Made by a program: the position numbers and the translations under genes. From the NCBI GenBank assembly GCA_016699875.1, contig CP064989.1, positions 186,297 through 250,296 of the forward strand: DNA of 64,000 nt, in the 5' to 3' direction. Of the stretch, positions 29,461 to 39,379 are shown one piece after another (within the stretch, counting starts at the first letter, position 1; each line of letters starts with the position of its first letter). This DNA is from Candidatus Moraniibacteriota bacterium. Its GTDB lineage: Bacteria; Patescibacteriota; Minisyncoccia; Moranbacterales; UBA1568. A model generated the notes under the pieces. It saw nothing but the letters and a program-made list of their open reading frames with translations, was not told the origin of the DNA and made no database searches.

Positions 29461-29489
29461 TTGACGAATCTTAACTGACGGTGTATAAT
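29461..29489 (+). promoter_or_regulatory. near-consensus sigma70 promoter TTGACG-N17-TATAAT
   Basis: ttgacg at 29461-29466 and tataat at 29484-29489, with a 17-nt spacer. Drives the transcript containing the 29577 ORF. Confidence 0.6.
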
Positions 29490-29576
29490 ACACGCACTGG
29501 GACATAAGAAACACGAAGTAATTCCCCAGCAAAGAGGAAGTAAATCCGAGAAAAACAGAAAAGAAGGAGAATAACG

Positions 29577-29774
29577 ATGGATATGAGTCATCCCAGCCAA
29601 ATGGCTACTCTTTCCAATTATGGAACCTTCTTAAAAAGAACCCGTGGATCGACCGAAATACCTCCAGAAACAATTGATCTGTGTTTTCTCTGGAGAAGAC
29701 CCTACTTCGCACGGAGAATGCAGCAATTGATTCATGGGAATAAATTGGAACACCACAGGATGTGTCCCCTCTAG
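29577..29774 (+). CDS. small ORF (65 aa) with consensus SD (aaggag 7 nt upstream) behind a strong promoter; function unknown, possibly a regulatory peptide
   Basis: Promoter, SD and ATG read from sequence. Ends before the bidirectional terminator. Confidence 0.4.
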   Translation: MDMSHPSQMATLSNYGTFLKRTRGSTEIPPETIDLCFLWRRPYFARRMQQLIHGNKLEHHRMCPL

Positions 29775-29797
29775 CAGAAGACCGACAGGAAAATCAA

Positions 29798-29832
29798 AGA
29801 GCCCCCTCTTCCGGCGGGCTCTTTATATATTT
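29798..29832. terminator. bidirectional intrinsic terminator between convergent genes: stem agagccc/gggctct with T-runs on both sides
   Basis: Hairpin 29798-29822 flanked by ttatatattt (plus sense) and tttgattttcc (minus sense). Confidence 0.5.
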
Positions 29833-29854
29833 CCCAACATTCCTACATACGCAC

Positions 29855-30181
29855 TCATTCCCCGAACTTCTCATTGGGACACGGAGCAAAATTACACAAG
29901 GGCGCGACACGTCCAACTACCGAGCCATCTGGACATACCTTCGCATCCCGGGAACAACCAGCTGGAACCGGTGACTGAGAACTCATCATATCCTGATCCG
30001 AATTACCGTTCGATCGATTCTCGATATGAAACACTGGGGAAGTTTCCGCCATGCTGACAATGTCGCGAGCCGCACGAAGCGTGAGCAGAGCCACAAGCAC
30101 ACTCAAAAGAAGAATAAGCAGTATCGAGAGCGTACTCGAAACCCTCTGCCCCAAATCAAAAGAGACCGAAATGTGCACCAT
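29855..30181 (-). CDS. small (108 aa) single-pass membrane protein with a C-terminal 4-Cys extracytoplasmic tail. Immediately downstream of lexA and co-oriented with it.
   Basis: TM helix LSILLILLLSVLVALLTL. C-terminal CSRDAKVCPDGSVVGRVAPLCNFAPCP. Confidence 0.5.
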   Translation of the reverse strand: MVHISVSFDLGQRVSSTLSILLILLLSVLVALLTLRAARDIVSMAETSPVFHIENRSNGNSDQDMMSSQSPVPAGCSRDAKVCPDGSVVGRVAPLCNFAPCPNEKFGE

Positions 30182-30287
30182 TTAATTAGTATATCACTTA
30201 ACACACGAACCACACAAGAAGTGAAATATTCAGTGAGTCCACCAAAAGGGCGTTTGACAGGCTCAGAGAAAGAATTCGACATGAGCA

Positions 30288-30938
30288 CTACTGTAACTTA
30301 AGCACATCAATCACCTTTCCATTCAGAACGAAGTTATCATCTTCTGTCAAAAATATCGCTTTATGTTTCGGATCGGTCGATTCGGGAAGGAGTACGATAT
30401 TTTTACCATCAACCGTACGAAACGTCTTGACAGTTGCCAGTCCATCAATAACCACGAGCACTCGATCTCCCGTTTTGTAGTCCTTCACATCTCCATTTAC
30501 CAAAACAAAATCTCCATCCTCAATTGTCTTCCCTTCTATCTCCGCCTTATTCATACTGGTACCGGAAATCTGTACCGCGAAGACGTTCTTGCTGCTTTTT
30601 ACGATTTTCCGAGACACTTTGAGATACCCCTCAACATATTCGTCTGCAAACGAAAGGGCCATTCCCGCATTTGCCGTCCCAAGTATGGGGATGTTCACGA
30701 ACATATTACTTGTCAGCTCTTTGAGCTTAATACCGCGATCTTCGTGCGTTCGCTCGATATATCCCTTATCCTCAAGCTCGTTGAGATACACGAAGAAACT
30801 GCGCAAACTCTTAAGACGAAGGCCTTGACGACCAGATTCCTCTTGAAGCTCGCGAACTGTCGGCATCTTCCCCTGTTCGGAAAAGAACTGACGAATTGCC
30901 TGCAAAACTATTTTCTGCTTCGGCGTGAGAATATTCAT
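30288..30938 (-). CDS. lexA: LexA repressor (SOS response)
   Basis: N-terminal wHTH (LTPKQKIVLQAIRQFFSEQGKMPTVRELQ). C-terminal S24 peptidase with AG cleavage site (NAGM) and Ser/Lys dyad (ISGTSM ... K). Confidence 0.9.
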   Translation of the reverse strand: MNILTPKQKIVLQAIRQFFSEQGKMPTVRELQEESGRQGLRLKSLRSFFVYLNELEDKGYIERTHEDRGIKLKELTSNMFVNIPILGTANAGMALSFADEYVEGYLKVSRKIVKSSKNVFAVQISGTSMNKAEIEGKTIEDGDFVLVNGDVKDYKTGDRVLVVIDGLATVKTFRTVDGKNIVLLPESTDPKHKAIFLTEDDNFVLNGKVIDVLKLQ

Positions 30939-30954
30939 ACCGTTTGTTTACGTA

Positions 30955-30995
30955 TTATGCATATATAAGTATATAGAGTATAAAAAACATGTCAA
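30955..30995 (-). promoter_or_regulatory. candidate lexA promoter (minus strand TTGACA at 30990-30995, A/T-rich -10 region) overlapping direct and inverted repeats that may be the operator
   Basis: Hexamers read from sequence. Operator assignment is speculative. Confidence 0.3.
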
Positions 30996-31061
30996 ATATA
31001 CTTAGTCTAAGGGAAAAACTATATCTTCTATTTGTAAAAAATTCTCAAAGAGTAAGAAGCT

Positions 31062-31098
31062 TATCCAAAACAAAACCCTCCCGAAAGAATCCGGGAGG
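31062..31098 (-). terminator. rho-independent terminator (minus): ccctcccg / cgggaggg 8-bp stem then ttttgttttgg. Downstream of the FN3 protein gene.
   Basis: Read from sequence. Confidence 0.55.
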
Positions 31099-31132
31099 GC
31101 TCGTTCGATTCGGCTTTTTCGAAAAGCAGAGG

Positions 31133-33313
31133 CTACTGCCAATTGCTCATCATAATACCGATATCGCGCGTATTCACAACGCCGTCATTATTCACATCCG
31201 ACGGATTATTCGTCACGTTCTGGAGCCACACTGAAACCAGCGCAGTGAAATCCGAGATGGAATAGGTCTTCGCAAGCGTTTTCACGGAGATAGCACTCGT
31301 CTGTGCCGACTGATTGCCATCGGCATCGTAGGCAAGCGCTGTGTACGAGTAATTCGTATTCTGCGTCAGACCCGTATCGGAATACGATGTCCCCGTTGTC
31401 ACATCCGCAATCTGCGTGCCGTTTCGAAAGACCTTGTACCCTGTCACCGCAATATTATCCGTTGACGCTGTCCAGGTGAGATCAATCGCCGTCATGGAGA
31501 CAGCTGTCCCTGAAAGTCCGGTTGGGACAGAAGGAGCAGTCGTATCATTAAGCGTCGTCACTGAAACCGGAGTGGTCTGCGCTGACGGATTTCCCGCTGC
31601 GTCATAGGCGAGCACGGTGTACGAGTAGGCGGTCGACTTTGTGAGACCTGTATCGGAATACGTTGTTGCTGATGTTGTCCCCACCTGCGTACCATTGCGG
31701 AACACCCGGTAACCAGCTACGCCCACATTGTCAGTCGAAGCCGTCCAGGTGAGATCAATCGCCGTCATGGAGACAGCTGTCCCTGAAAGTCCGGATGGGA
31801 CAGAAGGAGCAGTCGTATCGGAGTTGGTCGCTGCCGAAACCGTAGTCGATCGAGCCGACTCATTGCCTCTCGCATCAAGAGCAGTCACCTGATACCGATA
31901 CGTAGTGCTCACGGTCAGACCCGTATCATTGTAGGTCGTTCCGCTCGGCGTCCCAACCTGGGTATAGTTTGAACAACTTGCGCCGGTACAACGATATACT
32001 TTGTACCCTGTCACCGCAATATTATCCGTTGACGCCGTCCAAGAAAGATTGATCTGTGATATGGAAACTGCTGTCGCCGAAACACCTGTCGGCACTGTGG
32101 GCGCCGCCGAATCTTGCGCTGTTGTCGCTGAAACCGCCGTTCCCTGCGCTGACGCATTTCCCGCCGCATCAACTGCCGCAACACGATACCTATATGTCGT
32201 TTCCGCAGTCAGACCCGTATCATTGTAGGTCGTTCCGCTTGGCGTCCCTATCTGCGTATAATTCGAGCACGATGCGCCGGTACAACGATACACTTGATAG
32301 CCCGTCACAGCCACATCATCCGTTGATGCTGTCCACGAAAGATCCACCTTATCCATACCATTTGCTGTCGCCGTAAGACCCGCCGGAACAGACGGCGCCG
32401 TTGTATCGGCAAGTGTCGTCGCCGAAACCTGGCTTGACTGGGAAGATTCAACTCCACTCCCATTCACACCGCTTATACGATACGTATACGCAGTAAGCGG
32501 AGTCAGACCCGTATCGGTATATGACGGAGTCGAGCTTGTCCCAACTTGCGTGCCATTCCGATAGATCTTGTAACTCACAATGGTTGAATTTGCCGAGGCG
32601 GCCGCCCAGGTGAGACCAACGGTTGTAGCGGTCTTCGTCGGTGCGGCAAGCCCAGATGGAACCTCAAGAGATGCAGTAACAGTTGTGTTCGTCGCGCTAT
32701 TCAAAATATCCGTTCCGAGTCCATCATCAAAGATAACATCCGAATCGGTGTAGTTTCCGTAGGCAACATATTGAATCGTGATATTTGCCGAAGAAGGAAC
32801 GACCGGTTGAAGCGCTCGGAACTGCAGGGTTGCGATTTTCCCCGATGCCGTATTTACACCCGGTGTCGGCTTGGCGAGGGTAACCGTCGCTTTTCCATTG
32901 GCTGCATCCTGCACAATAATTTCACATGGCTTGCTGTTGTACAGACATGTATTCCCAGTAGAAAACGCTGATGCTGACGTATCCACACCAAGGAGTGTAA
33001 AATTCGCCGGATCATACTGAATCACCGCCTTCACCGCAACAACGTTGTTGTTGTGCGTATCGACACTCATATCGACATTAAACGGCGTCCCCACTGTCGC
33101 CGACGTCGATGATGGCGACAAATGCAAATCGGCCACCTCCCCCGATGTCTTCGCTACGATAAACCATACGAGCGCTATAAGCGCCACCGCAAGGAACACA
33201 ATAGTAAACACCGTCATGCGCCGTTCCGGCGCCGCAAGAAGACGAAAGAGCTTCGACATCACACCCCTTCCGGGAGACGCTCCGCCACCCTGTCCATAGG
33301 AAACTTCATCCAT
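31133..33313 (-). CDS. cell-surface protein. N-terminal TM anchor, cohesin-like domain, six fibronectin-type-III repeats, and a C-terminal single dockerin-like Ca-binding repeat (DVNNDGVVNTRDIGIMMSNW).
   Basis: Repeated ~95-aa units (TAPSVP.GL..TA.....I.L.WTASTD...V.GY.V.R....). DxNxDGxxNxxD motif at the C-terminus. Confidence 0.8.
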   Translation of the reverse strand: MDEVSYGQGGGASPGRGVMSKLFRLLAAPERRMTVFTIVFLAVALIALVWFIVAKTSGEVADLHLSPSSTSATVGTPFNVDMSVDTHNNNVVAVKAVIQYDPANFTLLGVDTSASAFSTGNTCLYNSKPCEIIVQDAANGKATVTLAKPTPGVNTASGKIATLQFRALQPVVPSSANITIQYVAYGNYTDSDVIFDDGLGTDILNSATNTTVTASLEVPSGLAAPTKTATTVGLTWAAASANSTIVSYKIYRNGTQVGTSSTPSYTDTGLTPLTAYTYRISGVNGSGVESSQSSQVSATTLADTTAPSVPAGLTATANGMDKVDLSWTASTDDVAVTGYQVYRCTGASCSNYTQIGTPSGTTYNDTGLTAETTYRYRVAAVDAAGNASAQGTAVSATTAQDSAAPTVPTGVSATAVSISQINLSWTASTDNIAVTGYKVYRCTGASCSNYTQVGTPSGTTYNDTGLTVSTTYRYQVTALDARGNESARSTTVSAATNSDTTAPSVPSGLSGTAVSMTAIDLTWTASTDNVGVAGYRVFRNGTQVGTTSATTYSDTGLTKSTAYSYTVLAYDAAGNPSAQTTPVSVTTLNDTTAPSVPTGLSGTAVSMTAIDLTWTASTDNIAVTGYKVFRNGTQIADVTTGTSYSDTGLTQNTNYSYTALAYDADGNQSAQTSAISVKTLAKTYSISDFTALVSVWLQNVTNNPSDVNNDGVVNTRDIGIMMSNWQ
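31400..32700. repeat. tandem ~285-bp coding repeats (FN3 units) with near-identical stretches
   Basis: gtccaggtgagatcaatcgccgtcatggagacagctgtccctgaaagtccgg occurs at ~31470 and ~31755. ccctgtcaccgcaatattatccgttgacgc occurs at ~31438 and ~32003. Confidence 0.6.
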
Positions 33314-33433
33314 AAGACATTTTAATATTATTATTTCTTACTGTTTTAACAAAAACACCCGCCCCTTCAATAAGAGGCACTCCCAGTATACCACATCTCA
33401 AAACGCCGGAAGAACACTCTCACTATCGATCTG

Positions 33434-33727
33434 TCAATGAGGGCGATCTAGGTGCTGCATGAGCTCAATCAGGAGATATCCGATAAACACATAGACAAAA
33501 AGGGCGAGCAGCGTCGAGAAATCAAAAACGAATCCGACCACGTGCCCGCTCCGGAACACATCGGTAAACGGCGCGAGAAGCGGCGCGCTCGTCTCCGAAA
33601 CAAATCGCACAAAAGGCGCCTCCGTATTTGCCCCGAAAAGCCGCAAGACGAAGTGCATCCCCAAGAAGAACTCGATCGCCCCAAGCAACAGTACGAGAAA
33701 GTTTTTGACAATATTTGAAAAATGCAT
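33434..33727 (-). CDS. YggT-family small integral membrane protein
   Basis: 97 aa with two TM segments and the family's typical size and hydropathy. Confidence 0.7.
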   Translation of the reverse strand: MHFSNIVKNFLVLLLGAIEFFLGMHFVLRLFGANTEAPFVRFVSETSAPLLAPFTDVFRSGHVVGFVFDFSTLLALFVYVFIGYLLIELMQHLDRPH

Positions 33728-33735
33728 AAGAAGAA

Positions 33736-34017
33736 TTATTGTATATTCTTTTTCATTTTCTCAAAATCCTCCTCGGAGATTTCTCCCTTAGCATATCGCT
33801 CTTTGAGAATATCCAGCGCGCGATTCCCTTCATTTGCATCATCACCGCCATGTCGAGACACTCCATCACAATATCCTCGGCATGATCCTCGACCGGTAAG
33901 CGCGTGCACTACCGCGAGAATTCCCCATATCACAAATCCCCAGAAAAGAATCGTCGCGATCCAACCGAATCCAAACCCGAACCACCCCATACCATCGCCA
34001 AAATATCCGCCCATCAT
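33736..34017 (-). CDS. SHOCT-domain membrane protein
   Basis: C-terminal ALDILKERYAKGEISEEDFEKMKKNI is the SHOCT motif. N-terminal Gly/aromatic-rich TM region. Confidence 0.7.
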   Translation of the reverse strand: MMGGYFGDGMGWFGFGFGWIATILFWGFVIWGILAVVHALTGRGSCRGYCDGVSRHGGDDANEGNRALDILKERYAKGEISEEDFEKMKKNIQ

Positions 34018-34090
34018 AGATATAAAATCACAAGTTACGCTCCCCTAGAATATACTACAAAAATATCCTCATCAAAATCCCCTCCGCAGG

Positions 34091-34116
34091 AAAACAAAAA
34101 GAGCTGGTCAGGCTCT
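34091..34116 (-). terminator. possible rho-independent terminator (minus): agagc-ctgacca-gctct then ttttgtttt
   Basis: Read from sequence; short stem. Confidence 0.4.
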
Positions 34117-34158
34117 CGTATTTAACGACCGATTTCAGCTTGCACGTTTCAAGAAAGT

Positions 34159-34929
34159 TCACTCACTCACGGATGCCAATGCTTCAAGAACCTCCAAGGA
34201 ATACCGGCATGCTCTCGGCACATTGAGAATATCGTCCGGCATATCTCTCAGTTTTCCTTCCGCATCAACTGAAGTATCTGGAAAGATGTCAAAAATAGGT
34301 TGAAGTAACTCTCCTGTCTCACCGGAAATCCCCAGTCCACCGGCAACGCCGATATTCATCTTACCCTCAAGAACATCGTGCAAATGATCAAGAAATTTCA
34401 ATGCCGTTTCCGGAACAAGAGTCTCGCCCCGTCCGCCGCTTGGATCTACAAGCACATAGCCACATACGTCCACGTAGTCACGAACAAAACGAGCAAGTAT
34501 TTTCGGATCATTATTTGCGGACTTGAGCGCTCCCGAACCGCACTGAAGAACAATTGTGCTGGATGGATACCGCGCTTTGTAACGTTCCAGAACACGAACA
34601 CCCGGCCATTTAATATTGAGCTGGAAACCATGGAAATTCTCCCCGCCCAATTCCGCCACTTCCAGCAACCGATCAAACAACTTCACTGATTCTTGTGCGT
34701 GAAAGTGAACGAGATTGATTGTCATTGGATGCTTCGGAAATATCCCGGCAACATTTCTGGGACTCGGGTAGCGACTTGACCATTTGGTCGGAACACCCTG
34801 GAGTGTTTTTTCACTTACCAGAACGCCAACCATAAGTTTTCGGTAGGAATTCTCCGGAAAAACATCCAGCACCTGATTAACTTCCTCTCGTGATACAAAT
34901 CCTGTTATGCCGATGTATGGTACATTCAC
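34159..34929 (-). CDS. TIM-barrel protein resembling phosphoribosylanthranilate isomerase (TrpF family). No other trp genes are present in the window.
   Basis: VPYIGITGF near the N-terminus, VLVDPSGGRGETL, and IGVAGGLG...SVDAEGKL parallel the TrpF phosphate-binding motifs. Confidence 0.45.
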   Translation of the reverse strand: MNVPYIGITGFVSREEVNQVLDVFPENSYRKLMVGVLVSEKTLQGVPTKWSSRYPSPRNVAGIFPKHPMTINLVHFHAQESVKLFDRLLEVAELGGENFHGFQLNIKWPGVRVLERYKARYPSSTIVLQCGSGALKSANNDPKILARFVRDYVDVCGYVLVDPSGGRGETLVPETALKFLDHLHDVLEGKMNIGVAGGLGISGETGELLQPIFDIFPDTSVDAEGKLRDMPDDILNVPRACRYSLEVLEALASVSE

Positions 34930-35029
34930 GACCGCAACCCTCTTTTGTTGGGAAACAACTGTAGTATGTCCACATTGGGACGGTTAATTGTCCTACAACT
35001 TCAAATATTTTGCAAGAACCAAAACCCTC

Positions 35030-35506
35030 TCAATACCCCGTCGGTGGTTTTACTTTCTTTCCCAGAAGAGACAGATCCAGTGTCTCAATTTGAGACATGA
35101 TATCATCGACTTCCCGCAGGAAACCTTCTAGAGACACGTCCGTTGCCCGAAGAATATCGTGGATATATTTCTCCGTTTTCTCAAAATCATTCTTGAACCT
35201 CGTATTGATATCCTTCCACGCGATATCCTTCAGTGCCTCCGCATACCGAGTATCGAATGACACAGCACCAATACTCATCAAAAAAGCAATTGCCGGATAC
35301 CCAAGATACCCTCGCCAATACGAGCCATTGTCATTCGCCATGATCGCTCGCGCACCGGCATCGTACTTTACGACATAAAACTTTCCACGACTCGACGAAT
35401 ACACCCGAGACTCATTCTTGCCAATCAACTCAATACGCCCATCCGCAACACACCCGAGCGCCTCATAGATTTTTATCTTCGGTGGCAATTTCCATTTCAT
35501 GGTCAC
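35030..35506 (-). CDS. hypothetical 158-aa protein
   Basis: ATG-start ORF with no internal stops. No motif recognised. Confidence 0.5.
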   Translation of the reverse strand: MTMKWKLPPKIKIYEALGCVADGRIELIGKNESRVYSSSRGKFYVVKYDAGARAIMANDNGSYWRGYLGYPAIAFLMSIGAVSFDTRYAEALKDIAWKDINTRFKNDFEKTEKYIHDILRATDVSLEGFLREVDDIMSQIETLDLSLLGKKVKPPTGY

Positions 35507-35520
35507 ATAATACTCCCCTA

Positions 35521-35557
35521 AAAGAGAAAAGGCGAGATATTCTGAAATACCTCGCCT
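35521..35557 (-). terminator. rho-independent terminator (minus): aggcgag / ctcgcct stem then tttctcttt
   Basis: Read from sequence. Confidence 0.5.
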
Positions 35558-35619
35558 TTCACAAAATTCTCGTCCGCTGGAAATTTTCTAGAAACACTGT
35601 TTCCTTTCGTCTTCCCTCC

Positions 35620-36093
35620 TTATTCTTTGTGCCGAATATCCAAGGAGCTTTCCAATACCAAAATAGCGCTTTCTTCCGGAGTCTTCCCTTGGTCGATGTA
35701 GACATCATACAACCCTTGCGCAGCCGGATTTTGCGGAAGAAATTCCTTCATTCGTTCCGCCGGAGGAAATGCGTCAGCCTCGAACCATTCGGTCTGCCCG
35801 GTCTTCTGGTTAGACCATGCCACATACCCAACCGCACGCGCAGATATATACATTATATACATGCGTTCGCCTTGCTGAAGCACAGAATTATTATTGTCAC
35901 TCAATATCTGAATATCTTGAATGACAATATCCGGATAACGTTCTTTGCAAGATACAGATACAGAGCCACTCCCGATAGCCCACTTACACCCGCTAGAGGT
36001 CATTTTCCAAACTAAACCCACACCTAGCAACAAAACCATGGACACAACTACAGCTATCCCCGATTTTTTAAGAGTACTCATTTCACTCTCCAA
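35620..36093 (-). CDS. hypothetical membrane-anchored 157-aa protein
   Basis: N-terminal TM (IAVVVSMVLLLGVGLVW). Promoter-like TTGACT-N17-TACTAT and a 6-4-6 palindrome gtcaag-gaat-cttgac (36108-36123) lie upstream. Confidence 0.5.
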   Translation of the reverse strand: MESEMSTLKKSGIAVVVSMVLLLGVGLVWKMTSSGCKWAIGSGSVSVSCKERYPDIVIQDIQILSDNNNSVLQQGERMYIMYISARAVGYVAWSNQKTGQTEWFEADAFPPAERMKEFLPQNPAAQGLYDVYIDQGKTPEESAILVLESSLDIRHKE

Positions 36094-36204
36094 TCCAAAG
36101 CAACGTCAAGGAATCTTGACTCGACATAGTAGCACGTATCCACTATACAGTCAAGTTCATCAGCAAGAAATCAAAAAATCCGTCTTCCCGAAAGAAACCC
36201 CCGT

Positions 36205-36237
36205 TCAGAACAAAAACGAACGCAAAAAGCGTTCGTT
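36205..36237 (-). terminator. rho-independent terminator (minus) ~140 nt downstream of the 16S 3' end: aacgaacgc-ttttt-gcgttcgtt then ttttgtt
   Basis: Perfect 9-bp stem. Implies 16S is not followed by tRNA or 23S here. Confidence 0.55.
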
Positions 36238-36378
36238 TTCTCAAGATGCAATCCTCTGCGGTCAATCCAACGTCTCAAGATGCTGATTTCTTCCGCTCGC
36301 CGAAGCGAGAGAAGAAAACGACCATATGTGTGATTTCCCTGTCTTGCGACAAAGAAATGTTCACCATTACTCCCTAGA

Positions 36379-38031
<1,653 letters not shown>

Positions 38032-38175
38032 AATAAAGATGTATACGAGAAATCATCGGAAAAACCAATGTTCATTGCCCATCTTACAGCAACAAAATAA
38101 TCTCTCGAAGTTAGGCGAGACAATCGGATTTGTGGTGTCAACATCCATGTTGGCACTAAGAAGAACTTTTGTTGT

Positions 38176-38421
38176 CTATCTTTCAGACGGCACATTTTCC
38201 TTTATTTCCCTGCCCGAAAGATCTCTCTCCGAGAGAGGAATAGTGTTAGATCTCAATGGTCTGAGAGATTTTATAAGAAAATCCACTTTCCCGATCGGCA
38301 TTCCTTCAAGCGCGTCGGCTATTTTCTCACAGAGCGCTACCTTTTCCTCGAAACTCAGCGGGAGGCTCCTCAAACAAAGAAAAAAACTGCTCAAACTCGA
38401 TTCCCACCCATCATTACACAT
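38176..38421 (-). CDS. possible 81-aa ORF inside the 16S upstream leader, with a strong SD (gaggag 7 nt before the ATG at 38421), bracketed by a 16-bp inverted repeat
   Basis: SD and ATG read from sequence. Inverted repeat caatcggatttgtggt at 38121-38136 / 38454-38469. Confidence 0.3.
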   Translation of the reverse strand: MCNDGWESSLSSFFLCLRSLPLSFEEKVALCEKIADALEGMPIGKVDFLIKSLRPLRSNTIPLSERDLSGREIKENVPSER

Positions 38422-38522
38422 TTCACATCTCCTCAATTAAACACAACTAAAACCACAAATCCGATTGCCTCAACCCAATGCTTCCCTTCCCCTTACGAAG
38501 AAAAGAAGACTGATAGATCCGT

Positions 38523-38555
38523 ATAACTATTGGATTGACCGCAAAAAATTGCAAT
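38523..38555 (-). promoter_or_regulatory. candidate promoter (TTGCAA-N17-AATAGT, minus strand) that could drive the leader-ORF-16S transcript
   Basis: Hexamers read from sequence. It is the only promoter candidate downstream of the 38583-38615 terminator. Confidence 0.25.
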
Positions 38556-38582
38556 CATACTTTCGCAAATTGTTAAGGGGCT

Positions 38583-38615
38583 TTGGCGATAAAAAAGAAA
38601 GCGGAAAGCTTTCTT
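38583..38615 (-). terminator. rho-independent terminator (minus): agaaagc-tttcc-gctttct then ttttttatcgcc. Downstream of the 38750..39247 gene.
   Basis: Read from sequence. Confidence 0.4.
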
Positions 38616-38624
38616 CCTTCGCAT

Positions 38625-38660
38625 GTGCAGTATAGAGGAACAAAAAGAGTTCTGTCAAGC
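38625..38660 (-). promoter_or_regulatory. strong promoter-like site TTGACA-N18-TATACT (minus strand), puzzlingly located just upstream of the 38583-38615 terminator
   Basis: Hexamers read from sequence. Confidence 0.3.
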
Positions 38661-38749
38661 ATCCGTCATTTTCTTGAACATGCTTCAACAAACCCTCACC
38701 TTCCCAACCAGCAGGAAAACCAATATAATGCTTTAAATAAGCCATTATA

Positions 38750-39247
38750 CTAACGTTTCCGCTTATTTACAAAGAGCAGGAAAAGAAGCGGCGCCGCCAT
38801 CCATACCAGACGCGCCCATGAATCGGAAAAATAGCCATACACCGTCGGCGAAAGGAACCGGAGCGCAAAAGACGACGACACTAAGGAAAGCGCCATACTC
38901 AAAGCAAGACCCGTCCCCAGACAACCCATTACCAGAACGCGCGAGAAAAAGGTAGAGGTTGGATTGGATATGTGGATGTCAAGAATATAGTCCCCTACCA
39001 TTACAAGTACCACAAGCAGCCCGAGAAACGCAATTGCTCGCCCCTCCGGAGCAAACGAAAGCCACGCTGCCGGAAGCGCCAAGACAAAAGCAAGCGCTAC
39101 GTACGAAAACACTACGACGCTCAAGAGCCGCGTGCGCCCCAAGACAAACGATAGCGTAAGACTCCCGCCGACAAAGAGCAACACGAAAGAGATATCCCCC
39201 GCAAACTTCGCTGGTACAAACGATGAAAACGAAGCGAACACATTCAT
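38750..39247 (-). CDS. hypothetical polytopic membrane protein (165 aa)
   Basis: Four or five hydrophobic segments. KRKR C-terminus. Confidence 0.55.
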   Translation of the reverse strand: MNVFASFSSFVPAKFAGDISFVLLFVGGSLTLSFVLGRTRLLSVVVFSYVALAFVLALPAAWLSFAPEGRAIAFLGLLVVLVMVGDYILDIHISNPTSTFFSRVLVMGCLGTGLALSMALSLVSSSFALRFLSPTVYGYFSDSWARLVWMAAPLLFLLFVNKRKR

Positions 39248-39379
39248 AGAGAAAAGTGAAACGAGTTGAATCCCTCACTACACACCCAAAGCGTACACCG
39301 CGCCACTTCCACGGTCAACGCTTGCGAGAAAAGCTTCGAATCAGTACCATGAGAGCATAATTTCATCCTCGTTTTTTCT

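Noticed and set aside
31400-32700. Regularly spaced repeats as a possible CRISPR array
   Set aside because: Repeats are ~285 bp long and in-frame coding (FN3 domains). No short repeat/spacer periodicity and no cas genes.
36094-36378. 23S rRNA or tRNA downstream of 16S
   Set aside because: Only a C(UUCG)G hairpin and a terminator are present. No 23S-like conserved blocks, so the rRNA genes are unlinked.
38039-38440. 133-aa plus-strand ORF in the 16S leader
   Set aside because: Antisense to the SD-bearing minus-strand ORF; no SD of its own. Considered less likely.
38745-38775. TTGTAA-N17-TATAAT promoter-like site as the 16S promoter
   Set aside because: It overlaps the stop of the 38750 gene and lies upstream of an intrinsic terminator. 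It may be real but probably does not drive 16S; kept only as a note.
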